Assembly (NCBI GenBank): GCA_014905635.1
Contig: JABVCE010000013.1
Span: forward strand, 434,001 to 498,000
DNA from: Scenedesmus sp. PABB004
Taxonomy: Eukaryota
Direction of reading: 5' to 3'
Length of the DNA: 64,000 nt
The stretch's first letter is position 1; each line of letters starts with the position of its first letter. This document shows positions 23,642 through 35,383 of this stretch, piece by piece. A program made the translations under genes and the position numbers. The notes under the pieces are model-generated. The model did no database searches and had not been told where the DNA came from. It saw only the letters and a program-made list of their open reading frames with translations.

Positions 23642-26600
23642 TCACTTGATCTCGCTCTGCGCGAGCTTGTTGACTGCGGCCATCTTGCTCGCGGCGACGC
23701 GGAGCTCGTCGAGGTTCTTCTGGATCTCGCCGCGGTCCTCCGCCGGCGCGGCGGCGACGGCCTTCTCCATCTGCACGATCGTCTGCTGGATGCGCGCGAG
23801 CTCCGCGTCGGCGCCCGGCGCGCCGCCCTCGAGGTCGCCCGCGCCGGCCTTGCCCGTGCTGCCCATGCTCGCGCGCGCGAGCTTGATGCTGTTGCGCACG
23901 AGGTTGAGGTCCTGGCTCACGCGGCGGAGGCCGGGCTCGTTGGAGCGGCGCGCGACGCGCGTGACGCTGTCCAGGGCCTTCTCGACCTTCATCTCAGCCA
24001 GCTTGCCCTGTGAGTGAGTGAGGGAGTGCGCGAGTGAGCGAGTGTGTGAGTGTGAGTGAGTGAGCGTGTGAGCGTGTGTGTGAGTGCGTGCGAGCGCGAG
24101 TGTGGAAAGAGGGTGCGAGCGGCGGCGCGCGCGGCGCCGGCCGAGGCCCCCGCGGGCGCGGCGCGGCGCACCTCGACGGCGCCGGCGCTCTGGCGGGCGA
24201 GCGGGTTCTCGTTGAACGTCTGCGCGCCGCGCACGTTGACCATGAGCGCGGTGTTGATCTGGAAGACGTTGTACTTGCGCAGCAGGATGTAGGTGACCAC
24301 CTTGCACGCGTCCTGGATCAGCCACCACACGACTGGGGCAGGCGCGGGCGGCGGCGGCGGCGCGCGGCGCGGCGGCGGCGTGAGGACGGCCCGCGGCGGG
24401 GGCGGGCGCGCGGCGGGGGCGGGCGTGCGGCAGGGGCGGGCGCTGTGGTGCGGCGGCGCTGCGGTGCGGCGGCGGGGCACTCACGGCAGTAGATCCAGAC
24501 CCAGAGGGGCCAGAGCTTGTAGTTGGTGTCGACGGTGAGGCCCTGGACCATGAGGTGGTCGATCTCGCCGGTCTTCCAGATGCACGCGACGAGCGTGGAG
24601 ATGCCGAGCGAGAAGCAGGCCGCGCCGGCGAGGAAGGGCGAGGGGCGGTCGGACCAGAAGAAGCCGTTGTGCGTGCGCGCGCTGAAGAGGGTCAGGAAGT
24701 CGCTGATGGAGACCTTGAGGTACATCATGGTGATGATCTGTGTATGTACAGATGGATGGCGGGCGGTGGTGGATGGTGGGTGGGTGAGTGACGGTGGCGC
24801 CGTCGGGTCGGGCCGCGGGGCGAGCAAGCGGGGCGCGGCGGCGCGGCGGCGCGAAGGGTGCCGGCGCGGACGGCAGGAGGCGCGGCGCGGAGGGCGGCGG
24901 GCGTGCGCGGCGGGCGGACGGGGGGCGCACCTGGGGGTAGGGGATCTCGGGCAGGCCAAACGCCTTGAACACGCTGCCGGGGTTGTGCGAGTCGAGCGCG
25001 GCCCAGAGGAGCAGCAGGGACGAGAGGCACGCGATCGCGGCGAGCACGGAGGAGATGACCCAGAGCACCTTGAGGTTCCACTTCTCGGGCTGGTGGCTCG
25101 GCACGACGTGGTCGTACGCGACGCTGATGAGCGTGCCGTCGTTGAGCACGGTGATGAGGATGAGCATCAGCACGGGCATCTTGAAAAAGTGGGGGAACTC
25201 GGGGTTGGTCGGGTTGAACTTGGACGGGTGCAGCGCGAAGATCGCGATGAAGAAGAACACCACGAGCTGCAGCGTGCACGCGATACTGGGGCGAGGGGAG
25301 GGGAGGGGAGGGGCGGCGGGCGAGCGTGGGTGCGGGCGGGAGTGGGGGCGTGAGCGGGCGCGGGAGCGCGGGCGGCAGCGCGGGCGGGAGCGACGGCGGG
25401 AGCGACGGCGGGAGCAGCGACGCTGCGAGCTGCTGCCGGCGCTGCCAGCCGCTGCCCCCCCCCCTCCCTCGCGCACCGGTAGTTGATGAAGTTCTTCATG
25501 CGCAGGAAGATGCAGCGGCTGATGCGGATCGCCTCGACGATCACGCTCAGGCCCTCCAGCGTGAGCACCATGTCGGCAGCCGCGCGCGCGGCGTCTGCGG
25601 CGGGGCGGGGCGGGCGCGCCGCGTCGGCGCCGGCGGCGCGCGCGGGCGCGCGCGGCGGCTGCAAAGCGAGAGAGAGAGAGAGAGAGCGTGCGCGGCAGCG
25701 GCGGCCCGGCAGCGCGCGCGCGCCCACGCGCACCGGTCGCGCCGGACACGGCGATGCCGACGTCGGCGCGCTTGAGCGCGGGCGCGTCGTTCACGCCGTC
25801 GCCGGTCATGCCGACCGCAAAGCCCTCCTGGCGCAGCGCCTCGACGATGAGGTACTTGTGCTCCGGGTACACCTGCGCGGCGTGCAGCAGCGGGCGGGCG
25901 GGCGCGGGGCGGGGCGGGCGCAGGGCGGGCGCGGGGCGGGGCGCGTGAGGGTCGGATCAGAGCCTGGCGCGGGCGCGCGCGGGCGGGCGGGGCGCGGCGC
26001 GCGGGCGCGGCGGCGCAGGCGCGGGCGCGGCGCGCGGGCGCAGGCGCGCAGGCGCGCAGGCGCAGCTGCGCGCGCCTGCGCGAAGCCGTCGGCGGCGAGG
26101 ATCATCTTGCCGTACTTCTTGCCCAGGTCCTTGGGGATCTTGCCGTCCGCGTCCATCGTCGGCAGGCCGGCCGCGTCCTGGATGTTGGTGCCCAGGCCCA
26201 GCGTGCGCGCCGTCTCCTTGGCAATCACGCCGTGGTCGCCTGCGGGACGCGCCGCGCGCGCCGGCGGGGTCGGCCGCCGCGCGCCCCGCCGCCGCTGCGC
26301 CGCGCCGCGCCGCTCTCCCTCCGTCCCCGCTCCTCCCTCTCTCCTCCTTCTCCCTCCCTCCGCGCCGGCACGCCGGCGCGCCGCCGCGCCGCCGCCGCCG
26401 CGGCGCAGCCCATCCCCCGCGCACCGGTGATCATCTTGACGTCCACGCCGTACTCCATCGCGCGCTCGATCGTGACCTTGGTGTCGGGGCGGGGCGGGTC
26501 GAGGAAGGTCAGGATGCCGAGCATGGTCCACTTGCCGTCCTCGTTGGTGCGCGCGACCGCGAGCGAGCGGATGCCGCGGCGGCCGAGGTCCATGACCTGC

Positions 26601-29358
26601 GGCCGAGGGAGGTGCGCGCGGGCGCGGCGTCGGCGCGGCGCGCGCGGCGTCGGCGCGGCGCGCGCGGCGTCGGCGGCGGCGGCCACAACAAACCCGGCGC
26701 GCGCGCCGCGCCCGGTCGGCGGCGGCGGCAGCGCGGCGATGCGCGCGGGGCTGCGCCGCGGGCGCTGCTGCGCCGCGCCTTCCAGTTGACGCGCTTGGCG
26801 ACCTCCTCCTGGTCGATCTCGACGAGCTTGAGGATGATGTGCGGCGCGCCCTTGGTCGTCTTGAACGTCTTGCCGTCGGGGCCCTTGAGCGTGCCCTCCG
26901 TGCGCTTGATCGTGGGGTCAAAGGGCATGAAGTCAACCTGCGGCGCAGGGCGCGGGGGGCGGGCAGGGTTTAGGCGGCGCGCGGCGGGGCGGGAGGAAGA
27001 GAAGAGAGCGCTGGGCCGGCGCGGGGCGCGGGGGCGCCGTCGCGCGCCGCGCCCACCCCCGCACGCGCACACTCGCGCGCACACTCGCGCGCCCACACGC
27101 ACACAGCGCCCTCGCGCCCGCACCTGCTCGTAGGCGTCGAGCTCCTTGAGGTCGAGGCCGCTGTTGAGCAGGACGAGCGTGTCGAGCGCGTCGCGCGGCG
27201 GCTCCTTCCACTTGGCCGCGAGCGCCGCCGCCTTGAGCACGTCCTCCTTGGTCACGCCCGGGGTGTAGATGGGGCAGTCGTCCTGCGCGGCCAGCACCGC
27301 GGCGCGGTCAGCGCGCTGCGCCGCCGCGGGGCGGCCGCCCGCGCCCGCGCCCGCGCGCCGCGCCCGCCGCCGGCCGCCCCAGCCTCCAGGCCCCGCCGCC
27401 CCGCCTCCCCGCCTCCCGTCCGCGCCGCGCGACCGCGCCCGCGTGCTGCGCGCGCGCTGCGCGTGCTGTGCGTGCTGTGCGCGCCTGGATGACCATCTTG
27501 TTGAGCGTGAGCGTGCCGGTCTTGTCGGAGCAGAGCATGTTCATGCCGGCCATCTCCTCGATCGACGCCAGCCGCGTCACGATCGCGCCGTGGCCCGACA
27601 GCTGCGCGGCGGCGCACGCGGCGCGCGCGGCGCGCGGGCGGGCGTGAGCAGCGGCGCGCGCGAGCGGCGGCGGCGCGGGCGTGAGCAGCGGCGCGGCGCG
27701 CGCGCGCCGCGCAACGCCCCGCGCGCACCTCGCGCGAGCCGAGCGCGAGCGTGGTGGTGCACACGATCTCGATGGCGATCGGGATGGAGACCACGAGCAC
27801 GACGACGACGAAGGTGAGCGCCTCCTTGAAGTTCTCCTTGCCGTAGCCGAGCAGGTAGCCGAGCATGGTGATGCAGAGCACAAAGGAGATGATGACGAGC
27901 GCCGACACGATCGACATCAGGATCTTCTGCAGGTGCCCGATGCCGCCCGCGGACTGGAGCATCGTCGCGGTCTTGCCGAAAAAGGTGTGCTTGCCCGTGG
28001 ACTGGGGGCGTGCGGTGCGCGGCGCGACGGCGGGGCGGCGCGGGGGTCGGCGCGGGCTGCTGGCGCGGCCGGCGAGGCGGCCGGCCGGGCGCGCGGCGGC
28101 GCGCGGCGGCGCGGGCGGCGCGCGGAGGCGCGGCGGCGCGGGCGCGGGCGGCGCAGCGCGCGGCGCGCACCTCGACGGTGGCCTCGACCTCGCCGCGCAC
28201 GGCGGTGGAGCCCATCTTGCAGGAGTCGCCCTTGTACATCGTCACCGGCAGGCTCTCGCCCGTCAGCGCCGACTGGTCGACCTCGAGCCGGCCGTCGTTG
28301 AGCAGGCAGTCGGCGGGGATGGCCGAGCCGGCGCCGAGCAGCACCAGGTCGCCTGGCGGTGGCGGTGGCGGTGGCGCGGGTGGGCGAGGGCGCGGGCGGG
28401 GCGCGGCGCGCGGGCGGGCGCGGCGCGCGCGTGGGCGCGGGCGGGCGTGCGGCGCGGGGCGCGCCCGGCGCGGCGGCGCACCGGGCACGAGGAGCTTGGC
28501 GTCGATGTTGGCCCACTTGCCGCCGCGCTTGCACGTCGCGGTGGGCTTGAGCGAGGCCTTCAGCGCCGCGACGGCGTCGGCGGCCTTGATCGTCTCGTAC
28601 CTGCGCGGCGGCGGCGCGCGTGGGCGGCGGCGGCGGCGGCGCGCAGGGCGCGGCGCCCGCGCGGGGCGCAGGCGGGCGCGCGGGGCGCGGGGCAGCGCGG
28701 GGCGACGCGGCCGGGGGCGCAGGGCGCGCGGGGCGGGCCGCGGCGTTGGTGCGCTCACCAGCCGAGCGTGGCGTTGATGAACTGGATCGCGACGAGCACG
28801 CCCACGTCGGGCCAGTTCTGCAGCCCGATCTCGATGATGATGGCGATCCAGATGATGACGGGCATGGGGTTGAAGCCCCAGAGCCCGAGCTGCGCGGCGG
28901 CGACGCGCGGCGGGGCGGCGCGGGCGCGATCGCGCGGCGCGCGCGGCCGCGCGCGCCGCGGCGGCCGGCGCCGCTGACGCCCCGATCCCGGCGCCCCGAG
29001 ACGGCCGAGGCGCGCACCATGTGGAGGTAGGTGACCCACTTGGGCGTGGACTTCTCCTCGAGCTCGTTGAAGCCCCAGGTCGCGCGCAGGGCCTCAGCCT
29101 CTGCGGCCGGGATGCGGGGCCCACACGTGAGCGCCCCGCGCGCCCGGGCCGCCCCGCGGCGGCGCATCCGCCGCGCCGCGACCGCGGGCGGACCGTACCC
29201 TCGTCGGTGAGGCCGTGGGAGGGGAAAAAGTCGGGCAGAGGCGGCTTCTCCTCCTTCTTCTTGGCGTGCACGCTCTCCATGTTGCCCTCGCCGCCCTGAT
29301 CGCTCAGCTCAACGTCCTTGGCCACCGGCTCGGCCGCGGCCGCCGCCTCGCCCGCCAT
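23642..29358 (-). CDS. PMA: Plasma-membrane P3A-type H+-ATPase, about 17 exons
   Basis: [39 protein letters not shown], phosphorylation motif [70 protein letters not shown] 29358, stop 23642-23644. Confidence 0.97.
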
Positions 29359-31439
29359 CGCGCGCGCGGGCCGCGAGTGTGGGGATGAGAGAGCCCTAGG
29401 GCTGCGGCGCACAACGCCCGTCGGCGCGGCGCGATCTGGAGGGTGGCGCGGGTCCGCGCGGTCGCGGGGGAGTGGGGAACGCGGCGCGGCCGGGGCAGGC
29501 GGGATGCGGTGCGCCGGCTGCTGCGCCCCGCTGAATGACAGCGCGCGCGTTCGATGCCGCGACCGCCCGTTCCGCCCGCAAACGACCGGCATGCAGATGG
29601 GGCGGGTCCGCGCGCAGCACGGCACGCTCGCACGAGGTCCCACTTTGCTGCTGCGATCGGCGGCGCCGCTCACGGCGGCGGCGGCGGCACCTCGGCGCGC
29701 GGCAGGGCCGGGGCACACACTCTTCCCAGGCGCAGCGCGGCCCTGGAACACACGCGCCGCCGCGGCGCGCACGGCGCCGAGCGGCGGAGCGGCGGTCCTG
29801 ATCAGCTGCGGCGAGCCTGATCGACGGGCGGGCGGGCGCGCGGCGGCAGCGGTCACACACAACAAGGGGCCCGCCGCGTCACTGCAGCTCCACGCCCCCG
29901 CCGCCTCGCCGGCCTGGCGGCGCCTCAACGTCTGCCGCGCGGCCGGCCGCGCCGCCGCTGGCACCAGCGCCCGCGCCAGCCTCTCGCCGGTCCCCCGCCT
30001 GCTGCGCCGCCGCCGCCGCGCCGGTGCCGCGCGGCGGCCGCCGCCTCGCCCGCCATCGCGCGCGCGGGCCGCGAGTGTGGGGATGAGAGAGCCCTAGGGC
30101 TGCGGCGCACAACGCCCGTCGGCGCGGCGCGATCTGGAGGGTGGCGCGGGTCCGCGCGGTCGCGGGGGAGTGGGGGGCGCGGCGCGGCCAGGGCAGGCGG
30201 GATGCGGTGCGCCGGCTGCTGCGCCCCGCTGAATGACAGCGCGCGCGTTCGATGCCGCGACCGCCCGTTCCGCCCGCAAACGACCGGCATGCAGATGGGG
30301 CGGGTCCGCGCGCAGCACGGCACGCTCGCACGAGGTCCCACTTTGCTGCTGCGATCGGCGGCGCCGCTCACGGCGGCGGCGGCGGCACCTCGGCGCGCGG
30401 CAGGGCCGGGGCACACACTCTCCCAGGCGCAGCGCGGCCCTGGAACACGCGCGCCGCCGCGGCGCGCACGGCGCCAAGCGGCGGAGCGGCGGTCCTGATC
30501 AGCTGCGGCGAGCCTGATCGACGGGCGGGCGGGCGCGCGGCGGCAGCGGTCACACACAACAAGGGGCCCGCCGCGTCACTGCAGCTCCACGCCCCCGCCG
30601 CCTCGCCGGCCTGGCGGCGCCTCAACGTCTGCCGCGCGGCCGGCCGCGCCGCCGCTGGCACGAGCGCCCGCGCCAGCCTCTCGCCGGTCCCCCGCCTGCT
30701 GCGCTGCCGCCGCCGCGCCGGCGCCGCGCGGTGGCCGCCGCCTCGCCCGCCATCGCGCGCGCGGGCCGCGAGTGTGGGGATGAGAGAGCCCTAGGGCTGC
30801 GGCGCACAACGCCCGTCGGCGCGGCGCGATCTGGAGGGTGGCGCGGGTCCGCGCGGTCGCGGGGGAGTGGGGGGCGCGGCGCGGCCAGGGCAGGCGGGAT
30901 GCGGTGCGCCGGCTGCTGCGCCCCGCTGAATGACAGCGCGCGCGTTCGATGCCGCGACCGCCCGTTCCACCCGCAAACGACCGGCATGCAGATGGGGCGG
31001 GTCCGCGCGCAGCACGGCACGCTCGCACGAGGTCCCACTTTGCTGCTGCGATCGGCGGCGCCGCTCACGGCGGCGGCGGCGGCACCTCGGCGCGCGGCAG
31101 GGCCGGGGCACACACTCTCCCAGGCGCAGCGCGGCCCTGGAACACGCGCGCCGCCGCGGCGCGCACGGCGCCAAGCGGCGGAGCGGCGGTCCTGATCAGC
31201 TGCGGCGAGCCTGATCGACGGGCGGGCGGGCGCGCGGCGGCAGCGGTCACACACAACAAGGGGCCCGCCGCGTCACTGCAGCTCCACGCCCCCGCCGCCT
31301 CGCCGGCCTGGCGGCGCCTCAACGTCTGCCGCGCGGCCGGCCGCGCCGCCGCTGGCACCAGCGCCCGCGCCAGCCTCTCGCCGGTCCCCCGCCTGCTGCG
31401 CCGCCGCCGCCGCGCCGGCGCCGCGCGGCGGCGGCCGCC
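29336..31439. repeat. Tandem triplication of a ~697-bp unit (PMA first codons, 5' region and 3' end of upstream gene)
   Basis: PMA ATG context recurs at 29358, 30056 and 30753; upstream gene stop recurs at 29879, 30576 and 31273; copies differ by a few SNPs/indels; GCGGCCGCC-like microhomology at junctions. Confidence 0.96.
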
Positions 31440-32137
31440 AGCCGGCCGGCAGCGCGGCGCCGAGCCGCGCCGCGAGCGCCTGCTGCAGCCGCGCCGTGAG
31501 GCTGCGCTCCGCGCGCCCCGGGTCGGCGGCGTCCAGCAGGCCCGCGTAGACCAGGATCGCACTGGTTGCAGGCGGGGGTGGGGCGGGGCGCTCGTGAGGC
31601 GCGGCGCGGCGCGGCGCGGCGCGGCGCGGCGCGGCGCGGCGCGTCTCAGGGCACACGAGGCCGGCGCGGCTGGCGCGGCGGCGCGCAGCGCGGGGCACCT
31701 GCGCAGCCAGAACGCGAGCAGGAGCTGCGCCATGCGGAAGAGCGTGAAGAGGCCGAGCGAGAAGCCGCCCGTGGTGGAGAGCGCGGTCGTGGAGAGCACG
31801 GTGACGACGCAGTAGAGCGACAGCACCGCCGTGCGCGCCTGCAGCGCGCCTGCGCGCGCGCGAGCGGGGCGCGGGGCGTGGGGCGTGGGGCGTGGGGCGT
31901 GGGGCGTGGGGCGTGGGGCGTGGGGCGTGACGGGCGCGGCGCCGCGCCGGCGGCGAGCGGGGCCAGGGGCGCGCGCACCCGTGGCGCCGAGCACGTCGAT
32001 CGTGAGGCTGAAGACCACGTCTTCCAGGCGCAACGACCGCGGGTCGAGCCACCAGCTCAGCGGGATCATGCGCCCCGCGCTGCCGCCGCCGCTGCCGTCC
32101 GACAGCGCCCACGGGCTCGCCGCGCCGGGCGGCGGCG

Positions 32138-32172
<35 letters not shown>

Positions 32173-32687
32173 CCCGCGCCGGCGCAGCGCCGCGCGACGG
32201 CCTGGACCACCAGCGCCGCGCCAAAGAAGGCGGCGTCCGCGGCTGCGCGCCGGCGGCGCGCGGGGGCGGTGTGTGCGACGGCGCGCGCGGCGACGCGCGC
32301 TGTGCCGCGCGGCTCACCCAGCAGGGCCAGGAAGATGCCTCGCCGCCGGCGCAGCACGGTCTTGCGGTAGGCCTCAGCTTCGGCGGCGTGCGCTGCGCGG
32401 CGGGCGGCGGGCGCGGGCGGGCGGCGTCAGCGACCCCGCCGCTGCCCGGCGCCGCCCGACGCCGCGCCCGCCACCCGCCGCGTTCCGGGCCGCGGAGCGC
32501 CCGCACCAGCGGCAGCAGCCGCGTCCTCTTGCGCCTGCGCGCTGGCTGCTGCTTCCGGGCTGGGCCGGGGCTTCGGCAGCAGGAGACTGGGCGTCGTCGC
32601 GGCCACCGCCAGGCTGCCGTCCGGCTGCGCGACCACCACCAGCGGTGGCGACTCCGGGCGCGCCCCCGCGCCCCCCTCCGCCGCCAT
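31273..32687 (-). CDS. Hypothetical multi-pass membrane protein, 5 exons
   Basis: ATG 32687; GT-AG introns join YRKTVLRRRRGIFLALL, AAFFGAALVVQAV, DVVFSLTIDVLGAT, AVLSLYCVVTVLSTT, FSLGLFTLFRMAQLLLAFWLR and SAILVYAGLL; family not recognised. Confidence 0.7.
31866..31928 (+). repeat. (GGGGCGT)n heptamer array in intron
   Basis: 8 perfect units at 31873-31928 plus one imperfect unit. Confidence 0.92.
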
Positions 32688-33519
32688 GGCGCCCGGCGCC
32701 GAAGCTGCTGCGCGTGCAGATATTGCCGCCGGCGGCCCCCGGCAGCGCGCTGGCGGTCGCGGTGCGTGTGGCGGTGCGGGAAGTGTCGAACGGCGCATTG
32801 CGGCGGGCCGCATGGGGCGCGGTTTGCGTGCGCGCGCCGCGAGTCGATGGTGACTCGCGTCCGGCAAGTTCCGGCAAACTCGCACGCGCCTGACTTACCG
32901 GCGCGTCGCCCCGTCGCCCCGGCCTCACCGCCGTGCGCGCGGTCACGCGCGCCGCTCGCGCGCCGCGGCGGCGTGCTCGCGCGTGCGCGGCGGGCTGCCG
33001 ACCGCCCGCCGCCGCCCGCACCTGGACCGGCCATCAGCCTAGGCCCTGCTGGCAGCTGGACTTGGGGGTTGGGGTCCCACACAGCTGCCCCTCGGCGCCT
33101 GCGGGGGGCGGCGCCCGGCTCGGCGCGCCTGCGGGCGGCGCGCGCCGCCCGCGGCGAGGACGCCCGGCGTCAGCGCCGCGCGCACCGTCAGCCCCTCCCA
33201 CCCTTGGTCGTGTCAAAGGAGCACCTGACGAGCGCCCAGCTGCTGCTGTGCACACAACCTCGGGGCGGGAGGACACACGCGCGCGCGCACGCACACGCAG
33301 CAAACACGGCCTCGCACCCATCCAAGCCCCTGCACCCGCAGCGACCGTGCGCCAGCCGCCAGGGGACCTCACGACTCGTCACCCGGCAGCCGGCCCTGGG
33401 GCCCGGGTTCCGCGCGAAGGGCCGTGAGGTCCCAGCTGCCGCCCGGGGGCGCTCAGCACCGCGCGCGCGCCGCGCCGGCACGCCCTACCCGTCTGCCGCT
33501 TGCGCGCGCGTCAAAGCTG

Positions 33520-34510
33520 CGCAGGTTTTGCGCAATTTTGACGCGCACACAAACGGCAGACGGGGCGGGGGCCGTGCAAGGGAGGGCAGGCGCCGGCAAG
33601 ACCTGCACCACGAACTCCACGCACCGGGGAGTTGACAGTGGAGGTTTTCCAGCGCCTGCCCGCTCATGCACGCAGATCATCAACATGCGTGCGGCCGCGG
33701 CGTGTGTGGGCGGCGGCCAGGCAGCTGCCGCGCAGCCGCGGCGCGCGCGGGGCGCGCCACGCAGCCAGGAGAGGACCGCGCGCGCATGGCAATCCCTGCA
33801 ACCCCTCATGGTCAGCGCGACGGAATTGTCGCGCTCACCATGGGGGCGTACAGGGATTGTCATGCGCACGCGGGTCCCCTGACGCGTGGCGCGCCGCGCG
33901 TCGCCCGCGGCGGGGCAGCAGCGGCTCGTCGGTGCGGTGCGCGCGGCCGGCCGCAGAGCGGACGCGTGCGAGGGCGCCCGGCGCGCGGCGACGTCGCCGG
34001 GCTGGAGTCCCGGCTGGGGATTCGCGCTCGTCGACATCGCCGCCCCGGGGCTGGGGCCCAGGCCCAGCGCCGCCGCAGCCTGCGCGTCGCGGGGCGTGCG
34101 CCGGGGCGCAGCCGCGCGGCGGCCCTGATCAGTTTGTGCAGCCATGGCTATGACGCGTACCTCAAGTGGGCCCGGATCAACCACTTCGCCAGCCTCATGC
34201 ATGCATGCTTCCGCGTCGCGGACGAGCCAGCGGCGCCGAGCTCGGCGCGGGTGAGGAACGCTCCGCTGCGGGAAGCAACGGCCCGCACCTTACCAGCGCC
34301 GAGCTGTGGCGGCGTCAGCGATGTTGCCGAGCGCCTCGCGCAGCACTCGAGTGCTTCGAGGCACTTGAAGCGCTCGAGGCTCTCAAGTGCATCGCGCGGC
34401 ACTCAACAAGATCGCGGCCGAGCCACAGCCCAGCTGCGCAGCCTGGCCGACCTGCCGAGGCGGTCGCGCACGCTCAGCACCGCCGCCTGGCGCCAAGCGC
34501 CGCCAGGTCG
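33520..34510 (+). pseudogene. Possible degenerate spliced gene fragments
   Basis: Lower GC, protein-like stretches in discordant frames, one apparent exon TGTGCAG|34142...34250|GTGAGG; no clear start and no recognisable family. Confidence 0.25.
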
Positions 34511-34617
34511 CGGCTGCGCAGCAGCCCGCCGCCCCATCGCGGCGAGCGCCAGGTGCAGCGCGCAGTCGCCAAACGGCAACTGCTCCCTGTACCTGGCGCT
34601 CACCGCGCGGTGGCCGT

Positions 34618-34682
34618 CCGGCGCGCCATCGTGGCGCGTGCAGGCGTCGTCGTCGCCTGCACGCGCCACGATGGCGCGCCGG
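34618..34682. repeat. Perfect 29-bp inverted repeat with 7-nt loop
   Basis: CCGGCGCGCCATCGTGGCGCGTGCAGGCG 34618-34646 / loop TCGTCGT / CGCCTGCACGCGCCACGATGGCGCGCCGG 34654-34682. Confidence 0.95.
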
Positions 34683-35383
34683 CGTCGACGCCGCGCTCTG
34701 ATGGCCGGCCCTCCCCCTGCGTGGAGTCGGGCGCAGGCGCGACGCGGCGCGGCGCGGCGCGGCGCGGCGGAGCAGCAGCGGCGGCGCCGCGGCGCACGGC
34801 GATCTGCTGCGCCCGCCCATGCGCGGAGCGTGCCGCGCTCCAGGTTGGCGCGCTCAGGTGCCACGCGTCGCACCTGAAGGCCGCGTGGCGTGGCGAGCGC
34901 CGCGGCCGCAGGAGCAGCAGCTCGCGCACGGGCGCGGCGCGGCGCGGCGGTGCGGCGGCGCGGCGCGGCGGTCCGGGTGCTTGCTGGCGGGCGACGGGCG
35001 GAGCGTGGGGACGTCGCTGGCACGGCCCCGGACGCGCAGCCGGCCGCAAAGCCGCTGCGGTTCGCCCAGCCGCCGCGGCGGCGCGGCGGCGCGGGCTCGC
35101 CCCCTGAGCTGACCTCCACAGCCGTCGGCCAGCAGCGACGCAGGCGCGCCGACACCAGACGCGCCCGCCGCCGCCGCCGCCACCGCGCGAAAGCAGCGCG
35201 CGCCGAGCCGCGCCGCCGCGAGCCCGCGCAGCTGGCCAGCTCTGCCACGCACCTCTCAGCGGCGCCCGCGCGTGGCAGAGCAGGCGCCGGGCGGCGGGGG
35301 GCGCCGCGGCGGCGCGCGACCAGCGCCGCGCGCGCGCGGCGACCAGCGCCAGCACCGAGCCGGGCGCCGCGCGCCGCGGAGAG

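Noticed and set aside
29336..31439. Triplication read as LTRs or a transposon
   Set aside because: Units are head-to-tail host sequence with no internal element, TG..CA ends or target-site duplication.
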